From the NCBI GenBank assembly GCA_040954595.2, contig CM082577.2, positions 17,892,303-17,956,302 of the forward strand: a DNA stretch of 64,000 nt, given 5' to 3'. Below, in pieces: positions 50,286-60,954 of this stretch. Within the stretch, counting starts at the first letter, position 1. Every line of letters begins with the position of its first letter. The DNA is from Balanoglossus misakiensis (lineage: Eukaryota; Animalia; Hemichordata). The position numbers were made by a program, and so were the translations under genes. A model generated the notes under the pieces. It saw nothing but the letters and a program-made list of their open reading frames with translations. It made no database searches and was not told the DNA's origin.

Positions 50286-51079
50286 GATTTCTCTTGAACC
50301 GTTTGTCAGATTGCTATGATATTTGAAAAGCATATTCCAATTGTATATTATATTGTTAGGTCATGTCTGCTTGCCAATTTCACTTGCATGTGATTTTTAT
50401 TCCAGTGTAGCCCTATGATTTTTTTTCTGGGCAATCCTCAAATAGGGACCAAAGTGTCCTTGACGTTATGTTTTAAATTCAGATATTCCAAGTTATGCAC
50501 AGAATTTTACGAATGTCTTACAGATTGCAGTAGAAACACAATTCACTTCAAAACTTTTTGACACTACAGTATGTGTATATGGGCTTAAAAAGAGCTTCAT
50601 GATTTGCTGAACCCAATGAGATTCTCAAGAGACAAATCCAGAAATCAGGGTTATTTTAAAGAGGTTTTGTTAATTTGCAAAATAACAATTTATGAAAATT
50701 GCGAAAATCAGGCAAGAACTATGATGTCATTTTTCTACACTACGGCGGCCAAAGATATAAAAAAAATTGCAAAATTAAAAAAATTTCAGTACCTTTTTAA
50801 AAACCATATAATTGGAACAGCAAACCATGTAATCGGAACAGCACATATTATTTTGGGGGGTCTTATAGTTTTACTCAGATACCATGACTCATGGTAAGAG
50901 CATTCTCTAAGATAAATTGTGCGTTCCAATCCCTGGAGGATCTGCAAGTATGTGGACATGACAAGAAGTGTGCTTCTGAAATTACTCCACTTTGTCTCCA
51001 AATACTTAGTAATGCACTGTGGCAACAAGGGTCCAGGGTTTAATTTGTAAGTTTTAAAAGTCAAATACAATATTTAACT

Positions 51080-51267
51080 TACCGTTAATGTCATTTTATA
51101 AGTCGCGGCGGTATTATAAGTGGCACCCCTTCTTTGAACAACTTGTTTGGGAGGAGATTTTCAGAAAATGAATACAACAGAACATCGGTATTATATAAGT
51201 CGCACCCCCTTTTCGGCACACACTGTCACTCATAAAAGGCGTGTCTTATAAAATGACTTTTACGGTA
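51080..51267. mobile_element. Tc1/mariner-type MITE
   Basis: ta|ccgt..gtcattttataag ... cttataaaatgac..acgg|ta. Confidence 0.55.
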
Positions 51268-53355
51268 ATAACTTATCCAATTTTTTTTTTATTTTGAAAT
51301 AATTCCTTCTATATTTTTATAACAATGAAAATTCATTGCTATATCATAAAAATAATAAGAATCCATTAAGGTATAATTATGAAGCAGCATACTACATGTA
51401 TAGGCAATACATACCCAGGGTACACCACTATCATTTTTCAAGTGTTAATTGTCTATGGGTTTTGCCTAGTTTTGGCAAACTGTGAACTTCATATTTGTAA
51501 TAAATACATGTACAAAAATTAAATTCTTCAGATGGATTTAACATACTCATCATCTTACTATATCATGTACACATTTCAAAAGCATTACACTTTATGAAAT
51601 TTATACCCTTTTAGCTAATATATGGCTCTTCAAATGATACTCTGTCTGTTGATTGTCAACTCCTAAACTGTCTGAAGTTGTACTTTGCATTTCCGCTGTT
51701 AGTTCTTCATGCTCACCTGTTACAAAACATTGATCTGTATCACTGTTTACAGCATTGACATATTCTTTTGATGTCTAATTGGAACAACATAACTATAGTA
51801 CTGCGGTTTATTGCAATCGCTATAGGAGGACTTTACCGACAAGTCACAACCCGCCAGAAAAACCTCAATTGCGCACTGCTGTCGCTAAACAGTCGACTGC
51901 TAAAACTAGCCGTAGCTCAAGTTCCTAGACTAGTCACTGTCAGACAAGTAATGCGATTAGCCCACCCGGTGATTATGCAGATAAAACTGCCAACGTTTCC
52001 CACCATTAGTTATGTGTGATGTACTATATTCCCCCATAATGCATTGCAATGGACCTCCGTATTGTAATTTGATGCTGGCCAGTGTTGTACAGTCCTGTGA
52101 TTATCAATGGCATGATTTAGCCAAGTAGACAAGGAAATGATTTGGTTCTTTGCAAAAAGCGATCTATCAGCCCATCATATATGTTGCTAACTTATCCTAC
52201 CTTGAAACATACTGTTGCTGGGGTTGTGACACCCCCATGGCCACAGTAATTAGTTCATGCCATTTAGATATCACCATTCACAATGATGAAGTCACGATAT
52301 GTGGCTGATAAGGGGTTTTGGTCATTATTCCCCATTCTGTGCTATTTTACTCCTTTAAATTCCAGAAAACATAGTTCTAGATGAAAAATGTTTGTTCCAA
52401 GCAGAAATAATTACAGTTGAAGATGGCTAACCCTGCTGCGGTATTGTGAACACCCCTTCGGTCAAAATAGATGGAACCAGAGAAGATTTCTTGCTATGTT
52501 GTTTTCTGCATAACAGTCATAGCTGTGTCTGATGCTATCCTTGTGCTGGTATCAGATTTCAGTTAGGGCATTGGTAATCAATCTGTCACGTTGGTGACCT
52601 TAGGCTACAACTCCAGTCTTCATGTCCCTGTAAACTGTCACTGTGTCTCTGTAACTGTCAGCCTCTGGAGTGTGGACAAGCTTTCCCTGCCTTGTACTGC
52701 CAGCTATGGGGAAAATGTTGACCTTCAGAAGTTAAAAGAGTTATCCTTGCGAAGGGGATTCGAGTGTTGGTCTTCTTATGGAAAGTTGGTGTAAAATTCT
52801 GTGGTTTGTCTATGAACTGGAAAAGCAGTCAGTGTGGAATGTGTCACCATTGGAAAACTAACAGCTGGGAAATACATGTTATTTAAATAGCCTGGGATCA
52901 AGCTCCTACTGGAATACTTTCTTGGATTCTGCAGAAAATCATCTTCTGAGTTCTTCATTCTTGTTTATTTTAACTCCTTGAAACATTCCACGCACCGGAC
53001 CAGATTTTCAGCAGCAGCCTTCACTGCCCAAGTCCTCCACTTTATAAGTTCGTGATATGCTGCAAGGTTAATTTATCTTTGGCAGCCATATTGTTTTCCA
53101 TCTCCGCTGAGGTCCTCAGGATATTAAAGTTTCAGTTCCTGTGGCATGTCAGAATTTCATGTATATTGCTGTACTCAATCATCAGCATTGTGGAACAACA
53201 AAGTTTTACGGTCCAAAATTGAATAATATTCCTCCTGTGTTTGTTACACGAGCTTGTGCATTGCTATTGAAAAAATTGACTTGCAGCAGATAAATGATCT
53301 GTTCTTCAGATTGTGTACATTTGTTAAAAAAAAACGACAACAGTACAACTGCACT

Positions 53356-53437
53356 ATGGTCGTACCTATCTGCAAAGACAAGAAGAAATTTTACTATTCC
53401 AAAGATTCCTCAGTGGCTGTCCAGAAGAACAAAAAAC
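53356..53437 (+). CDS. MRTF: MRTF-like protein, candidate alternative first coding exon (isoform 2)
   Basis: Exon 53310-53437 (ttcag| and C|gtaagt) encodes MVVPICKDKKKFYYSKDSSVAVQKNKK. It joins in phase 1 and in frame with the RPEL exon. Confidence 0.5.
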
Positions 53438-54121
53438 GTAAGTGAGACATTTATTGAGACAAGAAATAAGTGCATTGGAATGTGAACTGTTGTACAAAAT
53501 ACCCTTCAGATGTATTCTGAAATGCATAAGCTAGTCAATGGGTCAACAGTCTTGGCAGGCAAAATATTCAGGAAGGGAACTCACTATAATGATTTGGCAA
53601 GTTTAATAATACATGTACTGTGATATAGGCACTGAACAAGATTGCAGATCAGAGATATAGTCTGTTATTTTCCAACTAACTGAATGAAGTATTACATTGC
53701 ACATTTAAAAACACATTGACTTTTCTGTTTGTGTTAAAGCTATTGTGTTTCCAAATGTCAGTTTTGGTGTTTAACTTGTACAAAAGGAATGGGATTACAA
53801 ATAATTCTAAAACCAGGCCAGTATTTTTAAAATATTGATGATGAAAGTGCTTAAGTCAAATAACCTGTGTGGAAACTGAGTACCAGATAGTCACAGATAA
53901 CTTTTTGGTAACCGTAATCCTGCAGTACTAATAGTCATTACATTGAAATATGTTCATTCTAATGGGAAGCTGGTTTATTTCTGTTTGTTGTCACAGGACT
54001 GGTGTAATTATATAAAGTAGTGTGTCAGCTTCATGACAACTTATTTTCAATCACAAATCTCTTGTTCATAAATTTTCTTCAACAAAAACCCCACAGATAA
54101 ATGGAAAGCTCTTTTTATGGA

Positions 54122-54690
54122 TTTTTAGCTCTGTTGTCACTTGTGTCAGCCGAGCTGTAGCAGTAGGTTGATAAGTGTCCGTCGTCCATCAACTTTTGGT
54201 ATTTCAATCTTCTTCTTTACAACAACATTGCATATTTAGCTGAAATTTGGTTGGAATGTGTGTTATGGTGTCCTTAACTGATTTTGTTAATTTGGATTTG
54301 ATCGGGTCATGAATATGCAAATTAGATCTAAAAATAGAATTTTTGGTCAAAAATCTTCTTCTCCATAACTACATGTATGATGGAGCTGAAATTTGGTAGG
54401 AATGTGTGTTATGGTGTCCCTACCTGATTTTGTAAATTTGGATTTGATGGGGTCATGAATATGCAAATTAGAACCTTGGTGCTTCCTTTTGATGTTGTTC
54501 TTTAGGATTCAATTCTTTCTTTCTTTAGCACAATGAATCAAGCTGAATTTGGATAAATACTTGTGATGTCTATGTTTGGTTTTGTTCAATAGAATAAAAT
54601 TGTTATGAATTAAAACCTAGGGTATTCATATCATTGCCCAGGTTACACTGTTAAAGTCAGCAGAGCTCTTTTGACTGATAGGTCACTTGC
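54122..54690 (+). mobile_element. HINE-like element (second family) with internal repeat of about 145 bp
   Basis: 5' tttttagctctg..cagccgagct..cgtcgtcc, a duplicated 'agctgaaatttgg..catgaatatgcaaattag' unit, and 3' cagcagagct plus hairpin tgact-gat-aggtca. Confidence 0.55.
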
Positions 54691-54786
54691 ATTTCTGTGT
54701 CATCAAAATTTGTAGCACCAGAAGTGATTGTTTTTGCATGTACCAGGGCATTGGGAAAATCAAGGTTATGTTACACAGGGTCAGAC

Positions 54787-55784
54787 ATTACTTAGAGAAT
54801 AATGAACGCCCCAAAGACCCATAATGGACGAAAGCACACATTGTGCGTCATAATATACGAGGCGAAGCCGAGTATATTATGGAGCACAATGTGTGCTTGA
54901 GTCCATTATGGGTCTTTGGGGCGTTCATTATTCTCATTATTTTATAGTTTTGTCAATGCCAGTGAATTTGCAGACTTCAAAAAGTATAGGTGCGAACAAT
55001 TCAGACTCGGACACGGAGATCAAGAACAGAGCAATGGCGTACGCGTAAACAAAAGGTCACCTGATCGCGGTGTGTCAGTGTACTGTACATTTCTAGTATC
55101 ATATTCAAACATCAGGAAATAAATAATGAAGGTTTATTTACGCATGTGAAAATTCATTTAAGGGTTCTGCTGAAATATATCTGAAAAAGTTTCGATTTTT
55201 GTGTTATCTTGGGGAGGACTCGGGGAATATTTGAATTCGTTTGCGTTCTCAGGAAAGTTCACGTATACGGGCGCTCGGAAGGTTGCAATACATAAACAAA
55301 CTCGCCCTCGATCGACCCTCCGTACCGCGTAGACAACATGACAGTGACACTTGCGGCATATTTTTTTACGTATAGCTTCGTTGACATGACTGCTTGGTAC
55401 ATGGTATGGTGAACGAATGTCAAATCCAGCATCATGGAGAGGTTTGCTTTACGTGCGTGAGCGAGCCATGTTGACTGCGCGTGATTCAAGAGCAGACGAC
55501 ATGTGCTGCAGCCGTAGGAAGAAAGAATAAACAAAACGCCAGTCGAGGACAGATTTGGAAATTAATAAATATCGCCGTATTCTGTGTACGTTTGCATTTC
55601 TTTTTTTAGCCCTTAAAATGTTCGCATTGTTTGAAATCCTCCGTTATTCAGTCGGAAATTGTACACGTCCACTGGTTCTTGGGCGCGTCGCGCATCCATC
55701 GAATAACACGATACATTATCAGTAATAATGTATAGCTATGACGTCACAAAATTCACTGGTATTGATAAAGCTATAATATAATAT
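54787..55784 (+). mobile_element. Hairpin-ended (Crypton-like) element, family B copy 2
   Basis: Palindrome at 54795-54935 with loop cgaggcgaagccgag. It is a diverged reverse complement of 23659-24660. Confidence 0.7.
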
Positions 55785-57180
55785 AAAAAAGAAAATGCTG
55801 TATATGATTAAATTGTGAAATACTGTGAACCGCAAAATTTTCACGATATTAAAACGCAACTGTTACACGGCGATTAATTTTTGCATTCTTGTATTTCACT
55901 GACTACATCCTTATCTCCGAAAAACATTTTTCCATGACTTTTTATTATCATGTTATTTTGGCTCTCGCGAAGAAGCAACAATTTATCCTTTGGGAACTTA
56001 TCCTGTTTTACAGTATCTGAATTATGTGCAAACTTCAATAATAATCTGGGAATCAGTGCAGCACATGCATTATCATTTCTGGCAAAGATATGACAGACTG
56101 TAGAACAACAATGTCTATGATTTGCACGTGTTTGTATCATGTCTTACCATGAGAAGAACCTGGAGATTTTTGCTTTCATCTGTGGTTGTTGTGTTATCTG
56201 AGACAATATTCTGGATTGGTTGATGCCTTTATAGTTGGGACGGTGACAATTGATGGGCCCTATTACATGATGTGACAGATACATGTAGTTTGTATTCCTG
56301 TAATAATCCACCATTTACTACATCATACATGATAAATGTTCAACAATCCCACCCAGTGGTTGCATAACATAACCTAATGCACCCTCTCCCTTCTTTTAAA
56401 AGCTTTACCCCCCCCCTCCCATGGACATCATGGTTTGAAAGGCTACATGTCAAATTCCTTTGAAGATGGCAAAACGATTTGCCAAAATAGTCAAATTCCT
56501 TGGGGGAAAACGACTAGACAAAGTGACAATACTTTTATTGCTCTCAGTATCAGACAGCTACATGTACAAGTTATATATGTATGTAGTTGTCTTAGGACTC
56601 TATTTCCGACTGTTGGAAGAATGGCTATTATCTGTAGTAAAAGGAACTGCAGGAAATACTGCAGAAATATCTCTTTTTCATCCATCAGGACAAATAGGTT
56701 ACCTCCGTTGGTCTGTCCGTCCACCTGTCTGGAGCCATCACTCAGACATGCCTGGACTGTATTTCATTTAAATTTCGAATTAGGGCAATGTACTGTGATG
56801 TACATGTTCATTTCAATTTGTGTTGCAATATGATCCAATATGATCACCAGGTGATAAAAGGTAATTTCTGGATGTATTTTTAAAAAGGCAGACTTACTTC
56901 CATCATTATACATTCATTTAGATTGTATTGGTGTGAAATAGGATCAGAAATAGTCAACTAGCCAGGCTATGGGCGCCTATGGTAGTACATGTAATCTGTT
57001 TAGATTTGTAGGTTTGGCTTTGTAAACTTGCAGCTTTTTGCCTATTTTGATATATGCTCATGGATGATGTTAACCCCCAGTGAATGTTGCCATTTTTGTG
57101 GTGCCCCATGTTGGCAGAACTCAATACACAGTTGTTTACCATGTATTAATCCAGTACTGCGTACCAGCTACTTGATAAAC

Positions 57181-57839
57181 TATATTATAAGGTTATTCAC
57201 AAAATACCGGGATTTATGTCCGAGTACATCGTGCAGCGCAGGTATTGTCCGAGACGCGCAGCGTCGAGGACAATACCGAAGCGTACGATGTACGAGGACA
57301 TAAATCCCGGTATTTTGTGAATAACCTTATTATTATACACCTTTTCCGGACGTCCTTGATGAACGATAAAGAATAAATTGGCCGCTATCGGACTTTCTAG
57401 TTTTCAGACGCCACCATGATGTAATTTGCATATCGAACGCGCCTTCACCTCGCGCATCAGGTGATGCTAGTGTCGAACTGCCTGTCTCACGCACGACGTT
57501 CTACGCTGCTTGCGCTGAAATGAACGCGCTCGCCTGTTCGTTCACAGATTCCTTCGACTGAAATTTCAGCGTGGATTTTGACTTATTTCGCATCTTGGGT
57601 CACCAATAATTTTGTTTAATAATGGCTGTGTACTTTTTATATAAATTTTCGTCAGAGTAGGGTTAATATCATCATTGTTTACATTGATCACCGGTCCTGT
57701 GAGGTCAAAGTCACAATGCGTCCAATAACCCTGTGGGTTATGGGACTCCGCGTCCTCATTTGAATAATTATTGTACGGTGATACCGCGAATTATTGTATT
57801 ACGGAACTCCATAGGTTACAGCAGTAGGTGTATAATAAT
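57181..57839. mobile_element. Hairpin-ended (Crypton-like) element, family C relative
   Basis: Palindrome at 57187-57331 with loop cgagacgcgcagcgtcgag, and IR attattatacacct/aggtgtataataat. Confidence 0.65.
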
Positions 57840-58115
57840 GAACATTACATGGTGTGAATATTACATTATGTCAAATAGTTAGCAAGTTTGTATCATTGGT
57901 TACCCAGATGAACTGTTCTATAGGTGTATTATCTCATCTTTCCTGTAATTTGTTTCACATTTGCTGTCAAAAATAGTCACTGCCAGATATTTCAGATCAA
58001 TTTTTAGGTCCCATTTGGTATGTATACATGTACCAATTGGGACCTTATGGGATCAGTTGTGTGTACTGTGTGTGTGTATGTATGTCTGTATGTCTGTCCA
58101 TATCAAAAACTTTAA

Positions 58116-60028
58116 AGGTACATGAGCTGCAACTGGATAAAAGAATTAAACTTTTAAATAAAAAAAATCTCATATATGGTTTAAATTATGTGTATTAAAT
58201 GATATTTGATGACAATATATCAAGCTCAACACTTATTTATGACAAAATGGCCAAAAATTAAAGAAAAACGAAATTCCTGCAATTTTTAAAAAAGTGCAAT
58301 ATTGCAATGAAAAGGGAAAATATAATGTCTCAGCAGTGTACATTTACTTCCATGAGCTCATGTTTTGTTTATGACGTTTCATTACTGAAAATGCAACATT
58401 TTCATTGTTTCTTGCATTTTCCATCGGTGTCGGCCATATTCACTTGCGACAAAGCTTTATTATTTATCTTGTTAATACTTGCATATGCACTCATATTTAG
58501 GGTTTATAATGCTTGTTCACTGCCTTCATCCGCATGGACTAATGGTAGTACAAATTGAAAAAAAAGCGTCAAGGACATTGTGGTCCCATTTGAGGATTAT
58601 GCAGAAACAGTGACACACCAGAAGAAAAATTACAGGTGACATTGCAAGCAGATATGATCTTACCATATAGAAATATGGAATGTAAAAAAATTAACAAGGA
58701 ACATGCCCAATAAACTGTCATGTGCCATGGCAGTCTTACAAGTGGTGCTAGAAAAAAAAATTGACCAAAAATTGTCTGTACAAACACATATGAGAAGCAA
58801 CTTCTTTCAGTCAGCCCTGGAACAGACAGACAGACAGACACACACTGACCTGCCACTGGTAATTCAAAATTTAATAGCTGGTGGTCTCTGTAACAGCTGG
58901 CTTATTAAAGTTATGTAAACATGTCTAAGGGGGTAACAACTCCTTGTAAACAGTAACTTTAAAAACAACTGTACACTTGGTTTAGGAGAAGATTTGCTAA
59001 CCAAACACAAAGAAACTTACAAAAAAACTCGCTAAATATTGAATATTTCTGATATCAGAATTGAATACAAGTTGCACATATACATGTATGTGTTATGAAA
59101 TTATATCCTAAATTTCAAAGCAATCAGAGAAAAAACAAATTTCAAAGCAATCCAACAAGCAGTTTCACAAAAAATATTTGTTCAAGAGTGGCAAAACACA
59201 AATATGCAAATATCACCAAAATTGTACAATATCTTACTTCAATCACTACAAGGAACATGCTGCCAAAGTTAAATGCAATATGACAAGCGGTTTCAGAGAA
59301 AACAATTTTTGACAAATATTGCAAAAGTTTCCCCGATAACACATTTATGAAAATATCACATTTTTTTACAACATATTACTTAGGTTACCCCTACGAACAT
59401 GCCTACCAAATTGCAAAGCAATCTGGCATACGGTTTTAAAGAAAAAAAATTGACCAAAAATGGCAAATATTGCTCAAAATTATAAATATGCAAATTTTGC
59501 AACAATTTGAACAAAACCATGGTTACTCAGACAACCATTAGGAAGCTTCATACTAAATTTCAAAGAAGTAAGCCCATCACTTTCAGAAATGAAGACTTTT
59601 TACCAATAACATGGAAAAATACAAAAAAATGCATAAAAAATAGGAAATCAATAATATTAGCTCAAAACATACAGGTCTGTATGAGGTTGACATAAGGTAC
59701 ATGCATACCAATTTTCAAATCAATATGACCAGTGGTTGTTGAGTTTTTGAGTTTTGACCAATTTCACATTTTCCCAGCTAGTTTGCATATTTTTGGCAAT
59801 GACAACTTCGTTTGAACAAACTCCCATCTACAGCCCTGCCTGCATCTACACACCAAATATCGAGGTCATACGCGCAGCAGTTTTCAAGTTTTTGATGTGG
59901 ACGGACATACAGACAGACATCCATCCATCCATACGGACGCAACCGATCCCATAAGGTCCCATGGTACATACCAATGGGACCTAACAAAAATTATGATAAT
60001 TATCCCTAAAGTTGCAGCTTATGTGCCT
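58116..60028. mobile_element. Kolobok-type MITE interrupted by a HINE
   Basis: TTAA|aggtacatgagctgcaact ... agttgcagcttatgtgcct|TCAA. Confidence 0.65.
58558..59990 (-). mobile_element. HINE-like element family H (full, young copy)
   Basis: Reverse complement of 46051-47490, inserted in an A-run. Confidence 0.8.
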
Positions 60029-60266
60029 TCAAGATGGTTGCGCGTATAACCTTGATATTTGGCGTGTAGATGCAAGCCAGGCTGCAGATCGGAGTTTGTT
60101 TAAATGAAATTGTCAGTGCAAATTAGCTGGAAAAATGTGAAATTGGTCAAAACTCAAAACTGCATATTTGTAATTCTTGGACAATTTTTGGTCAAAAATC
60201 ATTTTCTCTGAAACCGCTTGTCAAATTGCTTTCTGGTAGACATGTTCTTCGTGGTGATTGTAGTAA

Positions 60267-60651
60267 GGCCAGGAAGAAAAAATAAATTGTTCATCGGAAT
60301 CGCCGCTTCTACTTTGGCTGATTTGGAAATTTTTTTTTTTTGGATCTCGGCAAATATTCTACTTCTGTGTTACAAAATTCTTAGTCACTGCCGCTGGTGG
60401 CCAGAATATGTTGTGCAAACACCAACTATAAAGTTAATTGCCTATGTTATTGTTGGGAAATATAGTATTGAATTCAGTTACAAGTACATGTATCAGTGTT
60501 TTTTGTCTGAGATATTTCTGGTAAAAAGGGAAACAATTATGTCGCCTTGTCTGCATCTGTGCAAATATGCCAGAGAACCGCATTTACTTTCAGCCGCTCC
60601 TGGAACTTGGTCCAAAAAATCCGATGAACAAGATTTTTTCTCTCTCTGGCC
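60267..60651. mobile_element. Harbinger-type MITE
   Basis: TAA|ggccag..aaataaattgttcatcgga ... tccgatgaacaa..ctggcc|TAA. The HINE sequence resumes on both sides. Confidence 0.7.
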
Positions 60652-60888
60652 TAAAGTGTATAATTTTGATGATATTTGCATATTTGGTTTTTGGGGTCGG
60701 TTTTTGCCATAGTTGAACAAGTATTATTTTCTCTGAAACTGCTTGTCAGATTGATTTGAAAATTTGAAATTAGATGATATTTGCTTGCCAATGTCACCTG
60801 TGATTTTTATGGACCGGTGTACACCTATTTCTGTGTAACCCACAGATGGGATGATTGTTAATGAGAGATCTCATTTTTATCTCAACAG

Positions 60889-60954
60889 TTCTTGCACAGA
60901 AGTTGAAACAACGACGATCAAGAGAAGAACTTGTCAATCAAGGAATTATGCCAC
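60889..60954 (+). CDS. MRTF: Myocardin-related transcription factor, RPEL1 exon
   Basis: (V/L)LAQKLKQRRSREELVNQGIMP(P) matches the MRTF/myocardin first RPEL (LQLKLQQRRTREELVSQGIMPP). Boundaries caacag| and C|gtaagt. The gene continues beyond the window. Confidence 0.88.

Larger units (their letters stand above)
58001..60851 (+). mobile_element. Older HINE family H copy, interrupted by nested insertions
   Basis: 5' end at 58001-58111, resuming at about 60033 and again at 60655, collinear with 46051-47490. Confidence 0.65.

Noticed and set aside
53294-53485. Alternative reading DCVHLLKK.. of the 53310 exon joined to the 45156 donor
   Set aside because: It ends in phase 0 and would put the RPEL exon out of frame.
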